Source: Rhodovibrionaceae bacterium (GTDB lineage Bacteria; Pseudomonadota; Alphaproteobacteria; Kiloniellales; Rhodovibrionaceae). From it: DNA of 32,695 nucleotides. A program made the translations under genes and the position numbers. This document shows positions 1-6,595 of this stretch, piece after piece. The stretch covers positions 1-32,695 of the forward strand of contig JAWVYK010000001.1 in assembly GCA_033722755.1 (NCBI GenBank), written 5' to 3'. The notes under the pieces are model-generated. The model was not told the origin of the DNA. It did not search any database and saw only the letters and a program-made list of their open reading frames with translations. Every line of letters begins with the position of its first letter. Position 1 is the stretch's first letter.

Positions 1-779
1 ATGTCCGGCTCGTAGAGCATTGGCTGAATGCCGGGGCGCGGGTCGTAGGTCACGTCGTCCCCGCACCAGCGCGTGACATAGGCGCGCCGGCGCGTGCCCG
101 GCGTCGAATTGCCCGGTGCAGCGTGGATCGTGAGGCCGTTGTGCACGGTGACGTCGCCCGGCTGCATCTCGAACTGCACGATGTCGAGCTCCTCGCGCAT
201 CGCCTCGAAATCCGGCAGCGGCGGCAGTTCGCTCTGGTAGCGGCCGTCGCCGGTGAAGGACTGCGGCGCGTAGCGCTCGCCCCAGAGGTGCGAGCCCTTC
301 ACGTATTCCACGGCCCCGTTCTCGGCGTTCACCGGGTCGAGCGCCAGCCACAGCGTCGCCACCTGGAAGCCGGCCACGGGCCAGTAGGTCGCATCGTGAT
401 GCCAGAGCGTCGGCGTGCTGGTGCCCGGCTCCTTCACCAGGATCTGGTCGAACAGGAGGTTCACCTTCGAGGAGCCGAACAGCGTCGCCATGATCTCCGC
501 CGCCGGAGACTCGAAGATGAAGGGCCGGAAGGCCCCGAGGTGCTGCCAGACGAAGGTATCGCCGAAGAAGTTGCCGCTGCCCCCGCGGTTGATGTCGAGC
601 AGCATGGGCGAAGGGTTTGCCATGTCGGCCTCCACCGCGCGGCGCAGATGCTCGACCCAGCCGGCGTCGAAGGCCTGGCGGATGCACACGATGCCGTCCT
701 CGCGGTAGGCGCGGACCTCCTCCTCGGAGATCGCCCGGCCAAGGCCGCGGGGCAGGGTGGAGGTGGCGCTTTCCGGCAT
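1..779 (-). CDS. Phytanoyl-CoA dioxygenase (PhyH) family Fe(II)/2-oxoglutarate-dependent oxygenase; first 259 codons only, C-terminus lies beyond the left edge
   Basis: Absent from the ORF track because no stop lies in the window. My reverse-strand translation from the ATG (complement of 777-779) reads MPESATSTLPRGLGRAISEEEVRAYREDGIVCIRQAFDAGWVEHLRRAVEADMANPSPMLLDINRGGSGNFFGDTFVWQH...TLWHHDATYWPV...GDVTVHNGLTIHAAPGN... and stays open to position 1. The HxD...H triad spacing is typical of PhyH. The track ORF 123..812 (+) is its antisense shadow. Confidence 0.8.
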   Translation of the reverse strand, partial: MPESATSTLPRGLGRAISEEEVRAYREDGIVCIRQAFDAGWVEHLRRAVEADMANPSPMLLDINRGGSGNFFGDTFVWQHLGAFRPFIFESPAAEIMATLFGSSKVNLLFDQILVKEPGTSTPTLWHHDATYWPVAGFQVATLWLALDPVNAENGAVEYVKGSHLWGERYAPQSFTGDGRYQSELPPLPDFEAMREELDIVQFEMQPGDVTVHNGLTIHAAPGNSTPGTRRRAYVTRWCGDDVTYDPRPGIQPMLYEPD

Positions 780-792
780 GTCGCTGCTCCCG

Positions 793-1044
793 TTACTGCT
801 TGCCGCGCATGACATTCACCAGGCGCCACACGGCCCAGATGGGCACCACGATGATCGCCCCGGCGATGATGTAGGGCAAGGCCCAGGCGAGCGCGTCGAC
901 GACGGCGCGGAAGACGTCGGCGGCGGTGCGGCTAATGCTGGCGAGCGCGTTCAGGGGCGAGATGTCGAAGAGCGAGAGCACGAGCCCCACCGCCAGGGAC
1001 AACACCACCAGGCGGAGGATCGTGCGGGTGTGGCGGCTGGCCAT
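793..1044 (-). CDS. Hypothetical small membrane protein (83 aa, two predicted TM helices)
   Basis: Track ORF with two hydrophobic stretches (ILRLVVLSLAVGLVLSLF and ALPYIIAGAIIVVPIWAVW). It lies 13 nt upstream of the PhyH start and 21 nt downstream of the 62-aa ORF on the same strand. No family recognised. Confidence 0.5.
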   Translation of the reverse strand: MASRHTRTILRLVVLSLAVGLVLSLFDISPLNALASISRTAADVFRAVVDALAWALPYIIAGAIIVVPIWAVWRLVNVMRGKQ

Positions 1045-1065
1045 TGCGCTGCGTGCTCCCCGGCC

Positions 1066-1254
1066 CTAGCCGCGCTTCGATTCTTCGATCTTGCGATCGG
1101 TGTTCCACTGGCTGAGCGCATAGACCGCCCAGAGCGCCGCGGGGATCCAGCCGATGATCGTGAGCTGCAGGATCAGGCAGACGATCCCGGCGATCGGCCG
1201 GCCGATGGTGAAGAACAGCAGCCAGGGCAAAAGGATGGCGATGAGCAAGCGCAT
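1066..1254 (-). CDS. YqaE/Pmp3-like small hydrophobic membrane protein (62 aa)
   Basis: MRLLIAILLPWLLFFTIGRP..CLILQLTIIGWIPAALWAVYAL follows the Pmp3/UPF0057 pattern (LPP/W...G...L.LT..G.IP...A.Y). A GGGGGAA Shine-Dalgarno lies about 5 nt before the ATG. Confidence 0.55.
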   Translation of the reverse strand: MRLLIAILLPWLLFFTIGRPIAGIVCLILQLTIIGWIPAALWAVYALSQWNTDRKIEESKRG

Positions 1255-1305
1255 GATGTTCCCCCGAAGTCCCGCTTTGCGCGCGTGGCGGCGAATTTAT
1301 GACAA

Positions 1306-1331
1306 AGCGGCCGCGAGCGCCAGAGGCCGCT
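1306..1331 (-). terminator. Possible hairpin terminator after the DUF1330 gene
   Basis: AGCGGCC (1306-1312) pairs with GGCCGCT (1325-1331), giving a 7-bp stem with a 12-nt loop. On the minus strand it is followed by TTTGTCAT. The large loop and short U-run make this weak. Confidence 0.3.
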
Positions 1332-1627
1332 CAGCTCTGCGGCCCGCCCTCGAAGATCGCCAGCGTGCCTTCGGAGGCCTGCCGGCGCAAATCGACGATC
1401 TCCTGGTATTCCGGCGACTCGTAGAAGCGGCGCGCGGCGGCCTTGTCCGGGAACTCGATGACCACCAGGCGCTGCACGGCCCACGCGCCCTCCAGCACTT
1501 CCGGCTCGCTCCCGCGGATGACGAAACGCCCGCCATAGGCCGCGACGACATCCGGCGTGCGCGCCCGATATCGCTCGTAGGTCTCCGGGTCGGTGATCTT
1601 CACGTGGGCGACGATATAGGCGGCCAT
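1331..1627 (-). CDS. DUF1330 domain-containing protein (98 aa)
   Basis: MAAYIVAHVKITDPETYERYRARTPDVVAAYGGRFVIRG...VVIEFPDKAAARRFYESPEYQEI is the characteristic DUF1330 (dimeric alpha-beta barrel) sequence pattern. Confidence 0.85.
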   Translation of the reverse strand: MAAYIVAHVKITDPETYERYRARTPDVVAAYGGRFVIRGSEPEVLEGAWAVQRLVVIEFPDKAAARRFYESPEYQEIVDLRRQASEGTLAIFEGGPQS

Positions 1628-1710
1628 GCGCTCGCTCTCCTGTCTCGTGGTTGTGATTCGCGCTCGCCGTTGCGGGCGCTATATTTAGCCCAATGGACGA
1701 GGAACCCGAA

Positions 1711-2376
1711 ATGGCCACTAACCGAAAATTCACCCGCCGCGCGCTGATGCGCACGGGACTTCTCGCCGGCTTGGCCGGCGGCGTGCTTGCGGCGCGCACG
1801 CGCCGCGTGCTGGCGGCCCTGCCGCCCACGCCGGTGCAGACCAAGGGACCGTTCTATCCGCCGGAGCTGCCGCTCGACCGCGACGCCGACCTGGTGCGCG
1901 TGGACGGCCGTGGCGAGCCGGCGAAAGGGCGCGTGGCCCACGTCTTCGGCCGCTTGCTCGGGCCGGACGGCACGGCTTTGAAGGGCGCGCGGATTGAGAT
2001 CTGGCAGTGCGACGGCCTCGGCCGCTACCACCACCCGGCCGACGGCGGCGGGCTCGACCCGAACTTCCAGGGTTTCGGCTTCACCGAAACCGACGCCGAA
2101 GGCCGCTGGCGCTTCCGCACCATCGAGCCGGTGCCCTATCCGGGACGCACGCCGCATATTCACGTCCAGGTTCTGGCGCCCGGATGGGAGCCCCTGATCA
2201 GCCAGTTCTACATCGCCGGCCACCCCCTGAACGCGCGGGACTTCGTGCGCCGGCGCCTGAGCGAGGCCGAGGCCGCGCGGGTCACCTCGCCCTTCGACCC
2301 GGCCCCGGACATTGAGGCCGGGGCGGTCGCCGCCAGCTTCGACATCGTCATGGGCGCGACGCCGCGTCAGGGTTGA
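1711..2376 (+). CDS. Intradiol ring-cleavage dioxygenase family protein with twin-arginine (Tat) signal
   Basis: The signal reads MATNRKFTRRALMRTGLLAGLAGGVLAA (RR-x-LM Tat motif). The dioxygenase core contains GPFYPP, GARIEIWQCDGLGRYHH and GRTPHIHV. I prefer the ATG at 1711 (AGGAA 8 nt upstream, TATATT -10-like box at 1679-1684) over the track start at 1693, which has no SD. Confidence 0.8.
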   Translation: MATNRKFTRRALMRTGLLAGLAGGVLAARTRRVLAALPPTPVQTKGPFYPPELPLDRDADLVRVDGRGEPAKGRVAHVFGRLLGPDGTALKGARIEIWQCDGLGRYHHPADGGGLDPNFQGFGFTETDAEGRWRFRTIEPVPYPGRTPHIHVQVLAPGWEPLISQFYIAGHPLNARDFVRRRLSEAEAARVTSPFDPAPDIEAGAVAASFDIVMGATPRQG

Positions 2377-2605
2377 GGGCGCTGCCTTGCGCTCCGGGAC
2401 GATCGCTGACGCTTTTGCGTGCGGCGCTGGTCTGGAATCAAGCCCGGTGATCTGCAACCAACGGGAAGCAGACATGCCGCAGAGGCCCTAGGTCGCACAA
2501 CTTCCACCGTCCTATACTGGCGCCAAGTTTAATTCACGAAATCAAAGCAGTAGCTGCCGACCGCACATTTGCGCGGGGCTTCTGTCTGGACCGGAGAGGA
2601 TCGAC

Positions 2606-3421
2606 TTGGCGCGCCTGCAGCTCGGACCGAAAGACGACCTCTACTACGAGTACGACAGTCCGTCCGGCCAGGGCGTCACCTTTGTCTTCGTCAACGCGCT
2701 GACCGGCAATACCGGCATGTGGCAGGCGGACATCGGACCGAGGCTGCGGGCCGAGGGCCACGGCGTTTTGGCCTACAACTTCCGCGGCCAGCAGCACTCG
2801 TCCTTCGACGCCGGCATAGCGCTTACGCCGGAGCTGATCGTGGCCGACCTGAAACGGCTGCTGGAGGAGATCGCGCCGCCGCGGCCGGTGCTCGCCGGTC
2901 TTTCCATCGGCGGTCTCTTCGCCGCGCAGGCTGTGCTGCAGGGGGCCGCGGCCGAGGGGCTGGTCTTGATCAACACGCTGCGCAAGCCGAGCCAGCGCCT
3001 GAAGTGGCTGAACGAGGCGCAGGCGCGCGCCATGGCCATGGGCGGCGGCCGGCTTTTGATGGACCTCTACCTGCCGCTTCTCGTGGGACCCGCAAAGCTG
3101 CGCGAGATGCGTGAGGGCGCGCTCGACCCGGCCGCGTACGAACCCATGGATCCCGACCACGGCCACGACAAGCTGATGCAAGGCGCGTTGTCGGCGGACT
3201 GGCATCTGCCTTACGAGGAACTCGATGTGCCGGTCCTGGTGATGACGGGACTTAAGGACCGGGTGTTCTACGACGAAGACGAGGTTGCCGAACTGCTTGG
3301 CCGCCTGCCGCGGGCCGAGCACCTGACAATGCGCGAGTACGGGCATCTCATTCCGGCGGAGGCCCCGCAGGAGACGGCTGCCGCGCTGCTCGGCTTTGCC
3401 GAGACGCTCCGGGCTGACTGA
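2606..3421 (+). CDS. Alpha/beta hydrolase fold protein (271 aa)
   Basis: GLSIGG nucleophile elbow (GxSxG) and a C-terminal GHLIPAE histidine region. The overall layout resembles enol-lactonase or esterase-type alpha/beta hydrolases. TTG start at 2606 is preceded by GGAGAGGA (2593-2600). Confidence 0.85.
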   Translation: MARLQLGPKDDLYYEYDSPSGQGVTFVFVNALTGNTGMWQADIGPRLRAEGHGVLAYNFRGQQHSSFDAGIALTPELIVADLKRLLEEIAPPRPVLAGLSIGGLFAAQAVLQGAAAEGLVLINTLRKPSQRLKWLNEAQARAMAMGGGRLLMDLYLPLLVGPAKLREMREGALDPAAYEPMDPDHGHDKLMQGALSADWHLPYEELDVPVLVMTGLKDRVFYDEDEVAELLGRLPRAEHLTMREYGHLIPAEAPQETAAALLGFAETLRAD

Positions 3422-3441
3422 CGCAGCCCCTCAGGACACGG

Positions 3442-4398
3442 GTGAGCATTTTGCCAATGGATCAGAAGAAAGCCTTTCTTGCCTATCTCGCCGTTTTCAT
3501 CGGTGTGCTGGGCCATGCCAGCAGCGAGCTCATCGCCGTGCTCTCCGGGGTCTCGGGACCCGAAGCCTCGGTCTGGCGCTACCTGCTGGGCGGCATCGGC
3601 CTCGTGGTCGTGGCGCTGATCTGGCGGCCCAGCCGCAACCTGCTGGAGCCGTTGCGGCAGGATTTCGGGCCCATTGTCGCGCTGTCCCTGTTGGGGGTGA
3701 CCTTCACCTACCTGATGTTCCACTGGGCGCTCGATTTCGCCACCGTGGTGCAGGTGGGCACCATCGTCACGACCGTGCCGATTTTCGTGGGCATCGCCAA
3801 CCTGCTGATCAATCGGGTGCCTCTCGGCACAACCAAGATCATCAGCGCCGCCGCCGCGGTGATTGGCATCATCCTTCTGGCGACCGATGGCTACCTGGCC
3901 CGACTGGCCGGCCAGGAAGGCCAGCTTATCGGCATCGGCATGGTCACGCTTTGCGCGTTTTTTGGCGGCAGCTATGCGATCCTGGCCAAGCCCTATATCG
4001 CGAAATACGGGGCAATCCGCTTGACCGCCGTCTCGCTGATGATCGGCGGCATAGGCCTGTGGATCGTCGTCGGCCTGTTCTTCGGCATCTGGGTCGATCC
4101 CGCCACCATCATGGACCGGCCCTCAGGGCAGGCCGCAGCGCTGCTGACCCTCGGGTTCTGGAACACGACGGTGACCATGCTGCTGTGGCTGGGCGGGCTG
4201 GCGGCCGTGCCCGACATCACACGCGGCAGCTATCTTTTCTTCCTGAAGCCGGTGTTGACGGCGATGCTCGCATTTTTCTTTCTGTCGCAACCGATTACGA
4301 CCATGCAGATCATCGCTATCGCCGTCATCCTGGGTGCGGTCTCCCTCGAGATGACGTGGTCCAGGCTTTCCGGACGGTGGGTCACGCAGGCAAGATAG
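3442..4398 (+). CDS. DMT superfamily (EamA-like) transporter
   Basis: About ten hydrophobic helices in a two-repeat EamA layout. It starts 20 nt after the hydrolase gene on the same strand. The start is uncertain between GTG 3442 and ATG 3457. Confidence 0.8.
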   Translation: MSILPMDQKKAFLAYLAVFIGVLGHASSELIAVLSGVSGPEASVWRYLLGGIGLVVVALIWRPSRNLLEPLRQDFGPIVALSLLGVTFTYLMFHWALDFATVVQVGTIVTTVPIFVGIANLLINRVPLGTTKIISAAAAVIGIILLATDGYLARLAGQEGQLIGIGMVTLCAFFGGSYAILAKPYIAKYGAIRLTAVSLMIGGIGLWIVVGLFFGIWVDPATIMDRPSGQAAALLTLGFWNTTVTMLLWLGGLAAVPDITRGSYLFFLKPVLTAMLAFFFLSQPITTMQIIAIAVILGAVSLEMTWSRLSGRWVTQAR

Positions 4399-4441
4399 CC
4401 CAAGCGGAAAACACGAACGCGCAGCTTGCGGGAGAGCGGCT

Positions 4442-5200
4442 ATGCGGCTGGACGGGAAGGTCGCCGTCGTCACCGGCGGCGGCAGCGGCTTCGGCGAGGG
4501 CATCGCCAGGCGATTCGCGGAGGAAGGCGCCCGGGTGGTGATCGGCGACCTGCGCCGGGATGCGGCGGAGAAGGTTGCCGCGGACATCGCCGAGGCTGGC
4601 GGCACAGCCCAGGCGGTGGCCGCCGATGTGGCCACGCGCGAAGGCAACCGCGCCCTGGCCGCCGCGGCGAGGGAGTCGTTTGGACGGCTGGACTGTTTCG
4701 TCGCCAACGCCGGCTACACCTACAGCAACAAGCCCCTGCTGGAGGTCAGCGAGGAGGAGTTCGACCGCACCTATGCGGTCAACGTCAAGGGCATCTATCT
4801 GGCGGCGCTGGAGGTCGTGCCGGCGATGCGCGAGGCCGGCGGCGGCTCCATCCTGATCACCGGGTCGACCGCCGGCATCCGGCCGCGGCCGGGGCTGACC
4901 TGGTACAACGGCTCCCAGGCGGCCGCCAACCTGCTGGCCAAGTCCAAGGCCGTGGAGCTTGCGCCGGACGGCATCCGGGTCAACGCGCTGGCCCCGGTGA
5001 TCGGCGAGACAGGCCTGCTGGAGACCTTCATGGGCAAGCCCGATACGCCGGAAAATCGCGCCGCCTTTCTCGCCGGCATCCCGCTGGGGCGCATGTCGCG
5101 GCCGTTGGACGTGGCCAACGCGGCGCTGTGGCTCGCCTCCGACGAGGCGGAGTTCATTACCGGCGTGGTCTTGGAGGTGGATGGCGGCCGCTGTATCTGA
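4442..5200 (+). CDS. SDR family NAD(P)-dependent oxidoreductase (FabG/glucose 1-dehydrogenase-like)
   Basis: Contains the TGGGSGFG Rossmann motif, NAG, and a catalytic YxxxK-type region (WYNGSQAAANLLAKS). The C-terminus ends GVVLEVDGG. Confidence 0.9.
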   Translation: MRLDGKVAVVTGGGSGFGEGIARRFAEEGARVVIGDLRRDAAEKVAADIAEAGGTAQAVAADVATREGNRALAAAARESFGRLDCFVANAGYTYSNKPLLEVSEEEFDRTYAVNVKGIYLAALEVVPAMREAGGGSILITGSTAGIRPRPGLTWYNGSQAAANLLAKSKAVELAPDGIRVNALAPVIGETGLLETFMGKPDTPENRAAFLAGIPLGRMSRPLDVANAALWLASDEAEFITGVVLEVDGGRCI

Positions 5201-5224
5201 GCCCGGCGGCCGCCGCCTCATGGA

Positions 5225-5254
5225 AAAGGCCCGGGAGTCGCCTCCCGGGCCTTT
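5225..5254. terminator. Bidirectional intrinsic terminator between convergent SDR and BI-1 genes
   Basis: Perfect 13-bp stem AAAGGCCCGGGAG / CTCCCGGGCCTTT with 4-nt loop TCGC. The A-run and T-run flanks allow it to act on either strand. Confidence 0.65.
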
Positions 5255-5277
5255 CGTTCGTTCCTGGCGGCAAGGCG

Positions 5278-6006
5278 CTAATCGCGCATGATGCCCAGGA
5301 TGTTCAGGATGTGGATGAACAGCGTGATGAAGCTGCCATAGAGCATGAAGGCGCCGAAGATCGCCTTGCGCTGGGCGGTGTCGTCCAAGTCGCCTTCGCG
5401 ATACATCGACTTGATCACCTGCGTCTCGTAGGCGGTGATGCCCGAGAACAGCAGCACCACGATCACCGAGGTGATCAGCGAGAACAGCGTCGACTGCACG
5501 AAGAAGACGTTCACCAGGATGGCGATGAGGATGCCGATCGCCGCCATGAAGAAGAACGTGGCGAACGGCGACAGGTCGCGCTTGGTCGTGTAGCCGTAGA
5601 TGCTGACCGCCGCGAAGGTGCCCGCGGTGATGAAGAAGGCGCGCACGATGTCCATGCCCGCGCCGGCCTGGATGAACTGCGCGAAGATCGGCGCGATCAA
5701 CAGGCCCCACAGCGTGGCGTAGACCCAGAAGCAGGCCTGCGCCGCCAGGACCGACTTGCTCATCATGATGCGCGGGGCGAAGAAGCCGAGGCCCAGCACG
5801 CCGATGAAGAAGATCCAGAACATTCCGCCGATGGCCTGCATCAGGGCCGGCTGGCTGACGACGAAGAGCGCCAGCGCGCCGGTCAGACCGACGCCAAGCG
5901 CCATGTAGTTGTAGACCCGCAGCATGTAGCTGCGCAGACCGACATCGACGCCTGCGACTTCCGCTTCGCTGCGGGTCATGTATTTGCGATCGGGACCTTG
6001 TGCCAT
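5278..6006 (-). CDS. Bax inhibitor-1/YccA family membrane protein
   Basis: The N-terminal GLRSYMLRVYNYMALGVGLTG motif and seven TM segments are characteristic of the BI-1/YccA family. Confidence 0.9.
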   Translation of the reverse strand: MAQGPDRKYMTRSEAEVAGVDVGLRSYMLRVYNYMALGVGLTGALALFVVSQPALMQAIGGMFWIFFIGVLGLGFFAPRIMMSKSVLAAQACFWVYATLWGLLIAPIFAQFIQAGAGMDIVRAFFITAGTFAAVSIYGYTTKRDLSPFATFFFMAAIGILIAILVNVFFVQSTLFSLITSVIVVLLFSGITAYETQVIKSMYREGDLDDTAQRKAIFGAFMLYGSFITLFIHILNILGIMRD

Positions 6007-6150
6007 GGTCGTTTTCGCCTTTTCCTTCTGTTTTGCCCGCCCCGGCGCGAAGCGCAGGGCGCGGGCGGAATTGCGTGCTAGATATTGGCTAATCGCGGGC
6101 GTGATTCAAGAATTTCCGCATCGGGGATGATAAAATACCTGGAGCGCCCT

Positions 6151-6210
6151 CCCGCCTTTCAATCCGAAACCCCGCCTTTTAATCGAAAACCCCGCCTTTT
6201 AATCGAAAAC
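6151..6210. repeat. Three tandem 20-bp direct repeats directly upstream of the tautomerase SD
   Basis: CCCGCCTTTCAATCCGAAAC (6151-6170), CCCGCCTTTTAATCGAAAAC (6171-6190) and CCCGCCTTTTAATCGAAAAC (6191-6210). The last two copies are identical. AAGGAG follows at 6211-6216 and the ATG at 6225. Confidence 0.9.
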
Positions 6211-6224
6211 AAGGAGCAAGGCCC

Positions 6225-6587
6225 ATGCCGATCGTTCGTGCCGACATTCCCATTGGCAGCAGCGACGAGCACAAGGCGCGCCTGCGCATGGCGATCAAGG
6301 ACGCCATCATCGCCGCGCTCGCGCCCAAGGAAACGAAATACATCTACGTGGCGATCCGCGACGTCTTCGCCGAGGTGGGCGACGGCGCGCCGACGGTCAC
6401 GGTCGATCTGCGTCCGGGCCGCGAGGTCGAGCGAAAGAAGGCGCTGGCCGACGCCATTGCCGGCGCGTTCCAGGACGCCGGCGGCATTTCGCGTGAGCAC
6501 ATCTACCTGCTGTTCCGGGAGAACCCGGCGGAAAACCACTACTGCGGGGGCAGCCCGCTGGCCCCCTGGGTGCCGGCGGACAAGTAG
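6225..6587 (+). CDS. Tautomerase superfamily protein (fused two-repeat 4-oxalocrotonate tautomerase-like, Pro-1)
   Basis: MPIVRADIPIGSSDEHKARLRMAIKDAII begins with Met-Pro and has the beta-alpha-beta signature. A second repeat reads PTVTVDLRPGREVERKKALADAIAGAF. The SD is strong. Confidence 0.7.
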   Translation: MPIVRADIPIGSSDEHKARLRMAIKDAIIAALAPKETKYIYVAIRDVFAEVGDGAPTVTVDLRPGREVERKKALADAIAGAFQDAGGISREHIYLLFRENPAENHYCGGSPLAPWVPADK

Positions 6588-6595
6588 ACGCGCGC

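Noticed and set aside
123-812. A 229-aa + strand ORF at the left edge, the only sizeable track ORF covering this region.
   Set aside because: The reverse strand in another frame translates without stops into a PhyH-family oxygenase with an HxD...H triad. The + strand product is Arg/His/Glu-rich with no recognisable family.
2377-2605. A 229-bp intergenic region upstream of the alpha/beta hydrolase operon. I considered it as a riboswitch or sRNA locus.
   Set aside because: I see a TATACT box (about 2512-2517) and a plausible 5' UTR, but no recognisable riboswitch core, conserved hairpin set or terminator. The evidence is insufficient.
1711-3421. A beta-ketoadipate pathway fragment (intradiol dioxygenase plus an enol-lactonase-like alpha/beta hydrolase).
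   Set aside because: The dioxygenase carries a Tat export signal and has no alpha-subunit partner. The genes are 229 bp apart. The hydrolase belongs to its own operon with a DMT transporter and an SDR. No pcaB/C/I/J/F genes are present.
4382-6081. Long ORFs 4382..5710 (-) and 4426..6081 (+) span the SDR and BI-1 genes.
   Set aside because: They are antisense or off-frame shadows. The SDR (TGGGSGFG) and BI-1 frames have clear family signatures, and the shadow products are Arg/Gly/Pro-rich.
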